A stretch of 63,939 nucleotides of DNA, the filler included, from Kipferlia bialata (lineage: Eukaryota), in the NCBI GenBank assembly GCA_003568945.1. It is 6 parts of 6 records of this genome, joined end to end, with 100 filler letters (N's around TTAATTAATTAA, not from the genome) between each part and the next. Parts side by side here need not be neighbours in the genome. Positions count along the whole stretch, not along the records: positions 48,979 to 61,092 come from BDIP01001131.1; positions 61,193 to 63,939 come from BDIP01001230.1; 4 more parts are not named here. One strand, given 5' to 3'. Both the position numbers and the translations under genes were made by a program. The notes beneath the pieces are model-generated. The model was not told where the DNA came from. It did not search any database and saw nothing but the letters and a program-made list of their open reading frames with translations. Below, piece after piece: positions 52,201 to 63,939 of this stretch. Position 1 is the stretch's first letter, and each line of letters starts with the position of its first letter.

Positions 52201-55200
52201 CAGAGGGCGTAACTCTGCCAGCAAGGAGAGGCGCAGACAGCAGAAGCTGAGGAAGTCGAGGGAGAGGAGGCTCAAGCACCAGAGAAGGAGGAGCTTCAGG
52301 TGCATTTCCAGTATGTACTTGTACATGAATGTTGATATATAGTATCCTAATGCCCCCAGAACCTTCCTATTTCCATGTATATCCCATAACAGTACATCTT
52401 TCTGCTAATACTCGATACCTTTTACCCCTGTATGTGTTCATTCATGTTCTAACCCCCAGGACCTTCCTGCCCAAGATGCCAAAGATGCCAAAGATGCCCG
52501 CTATGAAAAGGAATGGCAGCAAGGTATGGATATATAATAGTATATATAACTTACCATATGTATAGCATTTCTCTCTTTATATGTAGTCTCCTGTTTACTC
52601 ACCCCCAGTCTGCCGTGTCCACCCCCCCTTTCTTTCCAATCTTTGCATTGTATATATATATATATTGAAATTGACCCTTGCCTCATCCCCAGTCTGCCGT
52701 GTCCACCCCCTCTCTCGCTACATTATATATATATACATATGGTGTATGAATAAACAATGAATGTATATTTGTGTTCTCACCCCCAGTCTGCCCTCTCCAC
52801 CCCCTCTCTCCCCGTGGCCACCACCTCTCTCCATCTCTCTCTCTATATATATTCATATATATACTCGTACTCACCCCCAGTCTGCCCTCTCCACCCCCTC
52901 TCTCCCTCTCTCTATATGTATGTGTGTTACTATTATATTATTCCATTACGTATATTCATAACATTTACTAGTTTTGACACCAGTCCGCTCTCTCCACCCC
53001 CTCTCTCCCCGTGGCCACCACTGAGAGGAGACAGGCTGAGAGAGAGAGAGAGAGGACAGAGCTGGAGGGAGAGAGAGACGTCTCATACGGCTCAATGACT
53101 AGGTCCCTCCCTGCCACCCTCAAGCACATCCCACAGGTATTACATATATGTATGTCTTCTACATAGTATGATTATTCTTTTACATATCCTATACCTGCCA
53201 CTCTCCCTTACCTTCTACGGTTAGGGGGGGGGGGGAGAAGTTATAATTGTACTCACATATTTAGTCTCATAAGCACATCCCACTGGTATATGTGGATCCT
53301 AATTACAATTCATATTCACATACTAATATAGTTTTGCACTTACCCCCAGGCTGCGGGTGATGATGCCCCCCCTGACCTTCCAGTGGACTATGCAAGGTAG
53401 GGAGTCTTTCATATATGTATATATACATACGTATATGTTCACGAATACATATATATATATATGTGTGTGTAGGTAGAATTTAGTGGACTATGCCAGGTAG
53501 GGATTCATCATGTATTCATTCCTTTCAAATAGCACACACATGTCTGGATCCTGTGTCATTATTATTAGGTCGTTTCAATGTGTAGGACACATCTGCAGAG
53601 ATCTCTAGCAATACACCCCCTAATGCCAGGAGGGGTGACGTTGTTGCTGTCCCAGTTGGACTAGGAAACATGTTGTTGAGGGGCACAAGGCTGTGCAACA
53701 CAGACGTCGCATATGGACTGGTGGTCTACACAGGTATGATTCAACCTCTCCCTATATTGGGCCATTGGGTACGCTAGTTAAGATATAACATATGTCCTAT
53801 ACTCTGTGTCTCATGTCTAGGCCACCAGACCAAGGTGTACATGAACACAGCCAAGCAGCCGAGCAAGACATCATTCCTGGAGGCTAGGTACAGAGTGAAT
53901 ATAGGTCCAAGCAGTACTATGTATATTTATTGTCTTTCACACCAGAATGAACAAGATGGTGATTGTCCTCTTCTTCCTCACCGCCCTTGTCATATTTGCA
54001 CTGGCAGTTCTTCCCGTCACAGTGGCACAGGAGGTACAAATATAGATATATGTACATACATATGTACATAGAATGTGAGATAGAGAGAGAGAGTGTGTAC
54101 CTTATCTATTTGCACTGGGAGTCCTACCCGTGACAGTGGCCCAGGAGGTATGTCCTGCATGCATCAGATATATACATATATATACATATATAGATAGATA
54201 TATACAACACGGTCCCAGCACTCTTATACTCCAAGCCAACCCGTTGGTACCTTGTGAAAGAGAGAGAAAGAGTGCTTTTAGTGTATACACATACTACCCC
54301 GTTTTCACCCAGGTATCCACCTATTGGTACCTGTCTAGTGCTATCTATAGAGGAAGTGTTATGATTTATCTTGTGTGTCCCTCACCCCCCAGGTCTCCAC
54401 CCACTGGTACCTGGTGGGTGACTATGCCATGGACACGGGCATCAGACTGTATGCTACACGGTACGACAACAGGATATAATAGTCCGGGATATCAGTATCT
54501 AGACGCTTCTCATTTCTGTATACATTAAGATATGTCTCACCCTATGTTCTGTGTATATGGTACTCACACCAGCACCATGGAGTACATCCATCATATGTCC
54601 AGTATATAGTATAGTATTATGGTATTACTGTTACTCACCCCAGCGCCATGGAGTACATGATTCTGTTGAGCTGGAATATCCCAGTCTCACTATTTGTCAC
54701 ACTGGAACTGGTCAGATACCTGCAGGTACTGAAGCATGCTATGAATTCAACGTACTATATGTACTCCATATGTATTTTACTATAAACCAGTCTCGCTCTT
54801 TGTCACACTGGAACTGGTCAGATATCTACAGGTACTATACTGCCTTCATTCATTTATAATTGTATATATAAGTATTTATATATAGACGTGCCACTGTCTT
54901 CACCCTGCCAGATATGTATCAATATATATTCTTACCCCCTAGGGCCGCATGATGGAGTGGGACCAGCACTGTGTATTGACAATCTGTATGTATCTCCCTC
55001 TCTCCCTCTATCAATACATCTCTTTCTAACCCCCTCAGGGCCGTATGATGGAGTGGGACCAGCACTATGTATTGACACTACACATATACTCTCTCTCTAA
55101 ATATACTCTCTCTCTATATATACACTTATATATACATACTTATACCAGGGCCGCATGATGGAGTGGGACCAGCACTGTGTGGTGGAGTCCNTACTTATAC

Positions 55201-58200
55201 CAGGGCCGCATGATGGAGTGGGACCAGCACTGTGTGGTGGAGTCCAGGGGAGACCATGGGCACATACTGGCCCAGAACAGTAACGTCCTGGACGACCTGG
55301 GCCATGTTCAGATTGTTGTCTCAGGTATAGCTGTGTATGTGCACTCTTGTGGATTTTCAAGCCCATATGGACATAATGTGTATGTATTTGAATGTATTAC
55401 TATAACCCCAGACAAGACTGGGACCCTGACCTCCAACGAGATGGTGTTCCCAGTTCATTACTATATGTTGTATCGTGTATTATATTTATTTCTTTAATAC
55501 TATACCGTGTATATAACCCCAGACAAGACTGGGACCCTGACTTCCAACGAGATGGTGTTCCAGCAGTGCTGTCTGGTGGAAGGGGCACCAGTAGACAGCG
55601 AGGAGAGTGAGACAGAGGGAGAGAGAGAGAGAGAGGACAGTGAGGAGATGACCCATGGGGAGGGTCTGGAGAGCACAAAGTACTCAACGGAGACAGGGAC
55701 ACCGGACCTCAGGTATATATATATAATTATTATTATTATAAATTTGCTTCCTGCCTCACTCGCAGCCACCCCTACCGTGTCCACCCCATCAATGCCACAG
55801 AGGATGTAGAGGGTACAGAGGGTGGAGAGCCCAGCCCCACCCTGGACACATTCTTCCTGTCACTGGCACTCTGCCACTCCGTGCTGCCACAGGTGTGTAT
55901 ATATATGTATATATATGTGTGTATGTGTGTGTGTAAGGTGTATATTGTACTTAAATACACCCGTCTCCCTGGCACTCTGCCACTCCGTGCTGCCACAGGT
56001 TCACTACAATGCTATATTATTGTATTTATGTATTAGTAATTGATTCTCGTGTATGTATTAGTAATTGATTCTCGTGTATATATGTAAACTCAATTATTGT
56101 GTATATCACCCCCAGCGCGACATGGATGAGCGTCTTATTATGTATTGGTATGTCTACCCGTCTAACATCAGCCCGACATGGATGTCATCGGCATGTACTC
56201 CCGCAATGAACTGCTTTATATATATAAATATTCATGTGTGTGTGTATGTATCTCTGTATATACCAGTATATGTCCTCCCATCTAACATCAGCCCGACATG
56301 GATGTCATAGGCATGTACTCCCCTACTACTATATTGTATATATATATATGATACATGCAATGTCTATATATACACATATTTTCATTAGTATGTCTATATA
56401 TATATTAGTATGTCTACCCGTCTAACATCAGCCCGACATGGATGTCATCGGCATGTACTACTCCCCCATTACCATATTATATATATATATAATACATCCA
56501 ATGTCTATATATATATAAATATGTCCCCTATCTAATATTAGTTTGATATGGAAGTGATTGGTATGTACTCTTTTATTATAATGTATATATATATATATAT
56601 AATATATGTATATATAATGTATATAAATATATTAATGTGTTCCCCCGTCTAACATCAGCCCGACATGGATGTGATTGGCATGTACTCCATCATTACCATA
56701 TTATATATAAATATAATACATCCAATGTCTATATATATATTAGTGTGTATATCTGTCTAACATCAGCCCGACATGGATGTCATTGGTATGTACTCCCCTA
56801 TTGCTATATTATATATATATATATAATACATGCAATGTCTTTACATATATATTGGTGTCTAACCCCAGCCCGACATGGATGTCATTGGTATGTACTCCCC
56901 TACTACTATAATATACAGGGATATATATATATATATATATATCCCTGTCTAACATCAGCCCGACATGGATGTCATTGGTATGTACTCCCGTAATGAACTG
57001 CTGGTGGAGCAGGATGGAGAGGAGGAGAGAGAGATACACGTGGCATACTCGGGCCAGAGCCCAGACGAGATTGCACTGGTGGACGCTGCCAGGTATCATG
57101 TATAGCACTTCTCTATCTATCTATATATAGCTATATTTATCTATACATATATATACTATATTATTCTATCTCGGGCCAGAGCCCAGACGAGATTGCGCTG
57201 GTGGATGCTAGGTACAAGAATATAGTATGTATTGATAGACATAGGTACAAGGTACAGATATAGCACTTCTACATAGTATTCCAAGAGATAAGGAATCGTG
57301 TATCCGTTACCTTACTCTCAGGTCCAATGGCTGCACCCTCCTAGCTAGAGATGCCTCCTCCCTCTATGTCCTGATGGGTACACCCTGTCCCAGGACAAGG
57401 GTCATCAGGAGGTTCAGGGTCATCACAGTGGTACCATTCACAAGTGACAGGTATGGACTTACATGTAATGTATCAGTCTTTGACTGCCTCGCTCTGACGC
57501 CCAGGAAGCGCATGAGTGTGGTACTTGAGGAGCTGGTGCCCAGTCCCCACCTCTTTGGTAGCAAGGTATCAATCAACAGGATTATAGATATATAGATATA
57601 TATGTGCATTGGGTATTAGACCACTTCTGACCCGCCTCCGCCTGTTTGGGAGCAAGGTATTAGATATGTGTATCCAGAAGGGTTTGTATGTACAAATACC
57701 ACTGACACCAGGAGAGAGAGAGACTGGACGAGCTTGGCGTATTCTCCAGAGTGCTGCCCGGGGACTCTGAGAGCCCAGTCCTCATATGCAAGGTGGGGAG
57801 TGTCAATAGTATATGTGTATAGTGGAGTAGTATATTGCGCATATCCTCATCCCCCAGGGTGCTGACTCCCACGTGCTCCCCCTCTGCCGCCCTGCCTCCC
57901 TGTCTGCTGGCATAGACAGTGCCATACACGACTACAGCTGCCAGGGACTCAGGACACTCGTCATGTGCCACGCTACTATACACGGTGGGTATCAGTAGTA
58001 TACTATATGTATTTGTGGTTGGTCGCTCATTAGTATCACTCTTACCCCCCAGACCTTGAGGCCCTTGACCTGTTTGTCATCAATTATATATATATATAGG
58101 TGTATATACTAATATATATATATGTATATGTATACTATTGGTGTCATCTCTCCCTCTAACCCCTAGACCTCGAGGCCCTTGACCTGTTTGTCATCAATTA

Positions 58201-58348
58201 TATATACATATAGTTATATTTATATATATTTATATTTCACTGTTTATGGCCCATGTATATCTCTCCCTCTAACCCCTAGACCTTGAGGCCCTTGACCTGT
58301 TTGTGAGGGTGTCCATGTGTGACCCAGACGACGAGGTATATATATATT

Positions 58349-58383
<35 letters not shown>

Positions 58384-61038
58384 ATCGTATAGAAGTGCTA
58401 TATTGTTGCTCATTCTACATAGTTCTGACTGTCAGGAGTTCGAGCAGGCTGCAGATGGACTCGAGCAGAGCCTCACACTCATAGGTAGGGGGTATTACTG
58501 CCTTCTAAGACACATATTCGCATTCTCGCCCTTGTATCCCATCTCTAAAGCGGTTACATATGTGTGTGTGTATACTATATACTATGGAAAATCTACTCTT
58601 ACTTACCCCCAGGCGTGACTGATAGTGGACTGATACTGATGACTATACTCTATATATATATATATATATTCGCTACTTACTGTAAGGCGTGACTGGTGTG
58701 GAGGACAAGCTGCAGAGGGGCACTATATACACTATAATATGTATTCTATATTACTATATATTCATATATCATATATATATATGTATTACTCTCTAACCCC
58801 AGGCGTGACTGGTGTGGAGGACAAGCTGCAGAGGGGTGTCCCTAGGACACTGGAGGCACTCAGAGTTGCAGGCATCAAGGTACCTTTGCCTCATGTCATT
58901 CATTCATGTATATACATTCGTATTCAATATATTGGAGGCTCAGGGTGGCAGGCATCAAGGTGATTATGCATCTATATATATAGATATAGATATAGATATT
59001 CATATGAATGAAAGGATATATATACCATACACTGGAGGCACTCAGGGTGGCAGGCATCAAGGTACGTATACATCCAATAATGTAAGTATTTATGGGAGAT
59101 ACATATATACTTACCCCCAGGTGTGTACTCTGACCGGTGACAAGAGAGAGACTGCCATCAACATTGCATACAGCAGCCAGCTGTTCCCACAGGTATGGGT
59201 ATACCTATGTATACATGTGTGTGTATGTTACTCTTTCTCTATACAGTCTATATAGTACACTGACACGTCCAACTGTTCCCACAGGTATGTTTACTTTTTA
59301 CTCTCTCAACCCTGGATATGTAATGTATATTCTTTCCTCTTATCAATTTCTTCCTCACCCTTAGGTCTGTGATGTGCACTGTATTATTGGGATGTACTCT
59401 AATTTTTCTGTAGGATGTGTTATGTGTAATAATGTATCTTACCGTTAACCCAATAGGTCTGCGATGTGCACTGCATCATAGGGGATGAACTGGACGATGA
59501 GGCACTCGACATGTACGAGGACGAGGTACGGCATTGTTATGTATATATATATATGTGTGTATGTATATGAATACGCATTGTATGGACGTTGACGATGTAT
59601 GGCATTGGTATATCGAAGACTCATTCCTTGCTCTGGTACTCACACCCAGGTGCAGCGTGTGACCACTGCCCAGACCCCCTCAGCCCAGCCCAAGGAGGGG
59701 GTGTTCCCCAGCATACCAGGGCAGGTGTGGATATAAAGATATATATACATAAATATACTTTTCTTTTTTATTGTGTTGAGGGTGCTGGTAGTGTGCTCCT
59801 ATATATATCTTCTCACCTGTTGTAAAGCTGTCAGGTAGTGCAGTATGCAGTGTGCGTATGTGTGTGTCTCTCTCTCTCTGATGCATCAGGGTGACTATAT
59901 GTCTGTCTTGTATCTTTAGTGTGTGAATGTATCTCTGATGTATCAGGTTGAGGACTCCCAGGGCAGGGAGAGAGAGAGAGAGTCAGTGAGGGAGAGGGAG
60001 AGGAGTGACAGTGTGCAGAGTGTGACTGGTGGCCCCAACAACTGTCTGTCCTCGGTGGAGATGGAGAGTATGCAGAGACAGGCGTTGACAGAGGCTGCTA
60101 GGACAGCTATTGAGGGGCTTAGGTACCTTTAGTGGATTGTTTTGTTGTTGATCTCAATTGTATGTACACACATGCCTCTGCCTGGCCACATCCTCTAAAT
60201 TCTAACACCTCAGGACAGCCCTCCAGGCCCAGAGGGCACTGAGGAGGGAGAGACGGTCCGAGATGCCTCAGGTATATATATATGTATGCATGAAGTGACT
60301 ATACCATAGATGTATTCATTCAATGAGTAGTCTTTACATGACCACCCTGACGCCAAGGTCCTTTTCCTCGATATAGCAACATAATAATTGGTATACTAGG
60401 CCTTGTTCAAAAGTGTATATTATAGAGTATAACCCTGACACCTAGGTCCTTGTCATCGATGGCCGTGCCATTGCCATCCTGGAGGAGACTGGGCTGCTGG
60501 GAGAGCTCATAGGTACGTTACGTGGGTGTGTACAATTTTCTCTGTATTCCTGTATCGAAGTTATCCGCCCATGGGGGAAGAATAGTATACTCAATAGCCA
60601 CCCACCCCCAGGTCTCACTGAGCCCTGTGTGTCTGTACTGATGTGCAGACTCAGCCCAAGGCAGAAGGCACAGGTGAGCGTGTATGTATAATCTGATGAA
60701 CTATATTATACTATTGACTGTATATATAGACAATAGATAGTCAGGACAAGGCAGGAGGTACAGGTGAGTTCATTTTCTTTTGTACCATTGGGATTGAGTG
60801 GTATGGTACGTGCCCGAGGTGTGCCAGTGTATTGGAGTCCGTATGATACCGTATATTCACCTTACCCAGGTTGTGTTGAATGTCAAGCAGGGCCTCAAGC
60901 TCAACACACTCGCCATCGGAGACGGAGGTATTGTATATATGCATACTGCAATTCTCTCTCATAATATAAATATGTATATATGTATGTGTGTGTGTATACA
61001 TCTATGCCGAGCCCCTGACATTGCCATGATCCAGGAGG

Positions 61039-61040
<2 letters not shown>
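49216..61040 (+). CDS. P4-type ATPase (phospholipid flippase), many small exons, truncated at both ends (TM5-10 absent)
   Basis: [37 protein letters not shown]…[32 protein letters not shown]…[89 protein letters not shown] and TLAIGDG. Confidence 0.97.
55893..56958 (+). repeat. Intronic array: 8 decoy copies of CTAACATCAG|CCCGACATGGATGTCATYGGYATGTACTCCC before the real exon at 56959
   Basis: Acceptor AGs end at about 56115, 56171, 56291, 56431, 56541 (degenerate), 56658, 56766, 56868 and 56958 (real); TA-rich spacers. Confidence 0.92.
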
Positions 61041-61092
<52 letters not shown>

Positions 61093-61192
61093 NNNNNNNN
61101 NNNNNNNNNNNNNNNNNNNNNNNNNNNNNNNNNNNNTTAATTAATTAANNNNNNNNNNNNNNNNNNNNNNNNNNNNNNNNNNNNNNNNNNNN
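61093..61192. other. Artificial scaffold-concatenation linker
   Basis: 44N-TTAATTAATTAA-44N. Confidence 0.98.
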
Positions 61193-61216
61193 ATTGGCTG
61201 CGGGGTCCCCAAGCCC

Positions 61217-61250
<34 letters not shown>

Positions 61251-61403
61251 TTACACAATAAATACTTAGGACATTGACTCTGGTGTGTCCAAGACCCTCT
61301 CTCTCTCTCTCTCTCTCTACACCCATATTCCCTAGGACATTGACTCTGGTGTCTCCAAGATCATCTCTCTCTCTCTATCTCCCTCTAGACCCTTAATTCT
61401 TAG

Positions 61404-61786
61404 GACATTGACTCTGGTGTCTCCAAGACCATTAGGAAGCAGGAGAGAGAGCAGATGAGGAGGATTGTCAAGGCAACGGCTGGAAAGCCAGGAGTCATTG
61501 AGGTATCGCATCGTGTGTATTTGATTAGCGAGGAGTCATTGAGGCATGTATATTTATATATTATACTGAAAATATGATCTCTCTCTCTATATATAAGGAG
61601 TATATATATGTGAGGATTGGCAAGGCAACGGATGGAAAGCCAGGAGTCATTGAGGTACAATTACTGTCATATGTGACTCCTCCCGCTCTCTCTCTGGCTC
61701 TCTCTCTCTAAATATGTATCTACATATCTATATTTTATGTATAGTCTAACCCCAGGCCATCTCCATCGATTATCTCCCCCCCCCTC

Positions 61787-61823
<37 letters not shown>

Positions 61824-62018
61824 CCACTCACCCTAGGCCATCTCCATCCATGTCACTCTCTAATTATCTATCTACATATATATATATTTATATATCCACT
61901 CACTCTAGGCCATCTCCATCGATTATCTCTCTGTCTCTGTCTCTCTCTCTCTCTCCCCCTCTATGTATACATATATATATATATATGTATACCCTCACCC
62001 TAGGCCATCTCCATCGAT

Positions 62019-62059
<41 letters not shown>

Positions 62060-62089
62060 CCACTCACCCTAGGCCATCTCCATCGATTA

Positions 62090-62122
<33 letters not shown>

Positions 62123-62311
62123 GAATGTACCTTCACTCTAGGCCATCTCCATCGATGAGGCCCAGATCAGGGATTTTTTCTCTAGATAATAGTAACACTC
62201 TATTATTTCTGGATTATTACAATGCAGCTTCGTGTTATGTCTAACTCTAGGCCATCTCTCTCTCTCTATATATATATATATCCACTTATTCTAGGCCATC
62301 TCCATCGATTA

Positions 62312-62347
<36 letters not shown>

Positions 62348-63574
62348 CCCTCACTCTAGGCCATCTCCATCGATGAGGCCCAGATCAGAATATATATACA
62401 CATGAATATATATACACATATATATGTATGATAGTATGTATATATGTGTGTCTTCACTCACTCTAGGCCATCTCCATCGATTCTCTCTCTCTCTCTCTGT
62501 GTATATATATGTATATATCCACTCAGTCTAGGCCATCTCCATCGATGAGGCCCAGATCAGAGACCAGGTGGTGGAGGGGGTGCTGGCAAAGGTGTGTTCA
62601 TATATATATATATATATGTATATATATATGTGTGTGTTTGTGTTGCCCAAGGTATGGTATAGCGTCTCTCTCTCCCTCTCTCTACCCCCTCATTCTCAGG
62701 CTGGGCGTCTGCTCTCTCTCTCTCTCTCTCTCTCTCCCTCTCTCTCTACACCCTCATTGTCAGGCTGGCCGTCTCCTCAGGATGTCCTCTCTCTCTCTCT
62801 CTGTATATATGTGTGTATGTGTATATATATATCTCTCGCTAGCCCCTCAATGTCAGGCTGGGCGTCTCCTCAGGATGCTGGCGCTGCTCCCTATATCTCT
62901 CTGTGTGTGTGTGTCTCTCTCTCTCTTCCTCTCTCTCTAGCCCCTTATTGTCAGGCTGGCCGTCTCCTCAGGATGCTGGACATCATGGCAGCTGGGGCAC
63001 TAGGTATTGTATATATATATGTATATAAATATGTTGTGATAAGTAGATAGATATATATATATAGTATACTCAGGATGCTGGACATCATGGCAGCTGGGGC
63101 TCTAGGTACACTATATTATATATATACATATTATACATATATCTATATGTACTGGCTTAGTCGGGAGAGAGAGAGAGAGAGGGAGAGAGAGAGTATACTC
63201 AGGATGCTGGACATCATGGCAGCGGGGGCACTAGGTATTGTATATATATATGTATATAAATATATTGTGATAAGTAGATAGATATATATATAGTATACTC
63301 AGGATGCTGGACATCATGGCAGCGGGGGCACTAGGTAATGACAGTATATTCATACATACATAGATATATATGTAAGTACACACATATACACACATATATA
63401 TAGATTTATAGACACCTGTAATTGTTTGTATATTCACGGTAAGGAAAGAATACATTATGCTCTCTCCTTCTACACCCTTATATCAGCCACTGCCGGTATC
63501 CTCTACTCCCAGCCCTGGAGAGAGATGCTGGTGGAGATGAGTGCTGACAAGTACTTTACGGAGCCCATGATCAG
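61404..63574 (+). CDS. Internal exons of an unknown gene (61404-61502, 62532-62591, 62955-63003, 63487-63574)
   Basis: Phase-consistent splicing gives DIDSGVSKTIRKQEREQMRRIVKATAGKPGVIE|AISIDEAQIRDQVVEGVLAK|AGRLLRMLDIMAAGAL|ATAGILYSQPWREMLVEMSADKYFTEPMI; no family recognised. Confidence 0.7.
61746..62531 (+). repeat. Intronic array: 10 decoy copies of branch point-AG|GCCATCTC(CATCGAT) before the real exon at 62532
   Basis: Copies at about 61755, 61836, 61908, 62003, 62072, 62141, 62250, 62294, 62359 and 62466, each followed by (CT)n/(TA)n spacers. Confidence 0.93.
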
Positions 63575-63765
63575 GCATGATTATATATTTATATACATAC
63601 ACATACACCCACCCACCCACACACATATATATATATATATATAATCATATATAGATATATATACTCATGTATATTGATGCTGGTGGAGATGAGTGCCGAC
63701 AAGTACATCACAGAGCCCATGATTAGGTATGAGTATATATATATACATATACGCATAGACACACC

Positions 63766-63797
<32 letters not shown>

Positions 63798-63888
63798 CAT
63801 ATATACATATGTATAGTCATGTATATACATAGAGTATGTATGTTGTGGAGATGAGTGCTGACAAGTACTTTACAGAGCCATTGATCAG

Positions 63889-63939
<51 letters not shown>

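Noticed and set aside
57858..58335. Suspected loss of the GLRTL motif in the P4-ATPase
   Set aside because: Translation of the exon at about 57858-57984 shows GLRTL is present.
12162..61192. Recurring TTAATTAATTAA palindrome at about 12.2-kb period
   Set aside because: Always centred in 44+44 N, and the flanked pieces fall in length (12156, 12135, 12126, 12114 bp), so this is a size-sorted concatenation. Gene neighbourhoods across linkers are meaningless.
61746..62550. Repeat-spacer arrays as CRISPR (also 56100-56990 and 20610-21350)
   Set aside because: The repeats are splice junction copies, the spacers are variable-length microsatellites, there are no cas genes, and the context is eukaryotic.
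1..63939. tRNA, rRNA or transposase/reverse transcriptase genes
   Set aside because: None were recognised by eye; tRNAscan-SE, Infernal and TE profile searches would be needed to exclude small or degenerate ones.

Overview
Eukaryotic, intron-rich genomic DNA, not prokaryotic. The window is six unrelated scaffolds of about 12.1 kb (1-12161, 12262-24417, 24518-36652, 36753-48878, 48979-61092, 61193-end) joined by artificial 100-bp linkers (44N-TTAATTAATTAA-44N). Short GT-AG introns with a fused branch point/acceptor (CTRAC/CTCAC-n3-5-AG), (TA)n/(CT)n-rich introns, Glu-Arg repeats in exons and an expanded divergent kelch family suggest a free-living fornicate (Kipferlia bialata-like); this is inference and is not verified. 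Manually spliced genes: a DExH (RHA-type) helicase, an FG-GAP beta-propeller protein, three kelch-type genes (one disrupted by a 16-bp palindromic insertion), a kelch-kinase-LRR fusion, a COG7-like protein, a long-chain acyl-CoA synthetase head-to-head with ARP6, the 3' half of ARL3, a P4-ATPase, and several hypothetical proteins. The main unexplained signal is dozens of intronic 'echoes': truncated copies of the adjacent exon end plus its splice site, arrayed up to 10 times and spaced by microsatellites. In the pairs I aligned, they differ from the functional exon mostly at synonymous positions, which is not what dead intronic DNA should show. Gene ends are approximate where stated.
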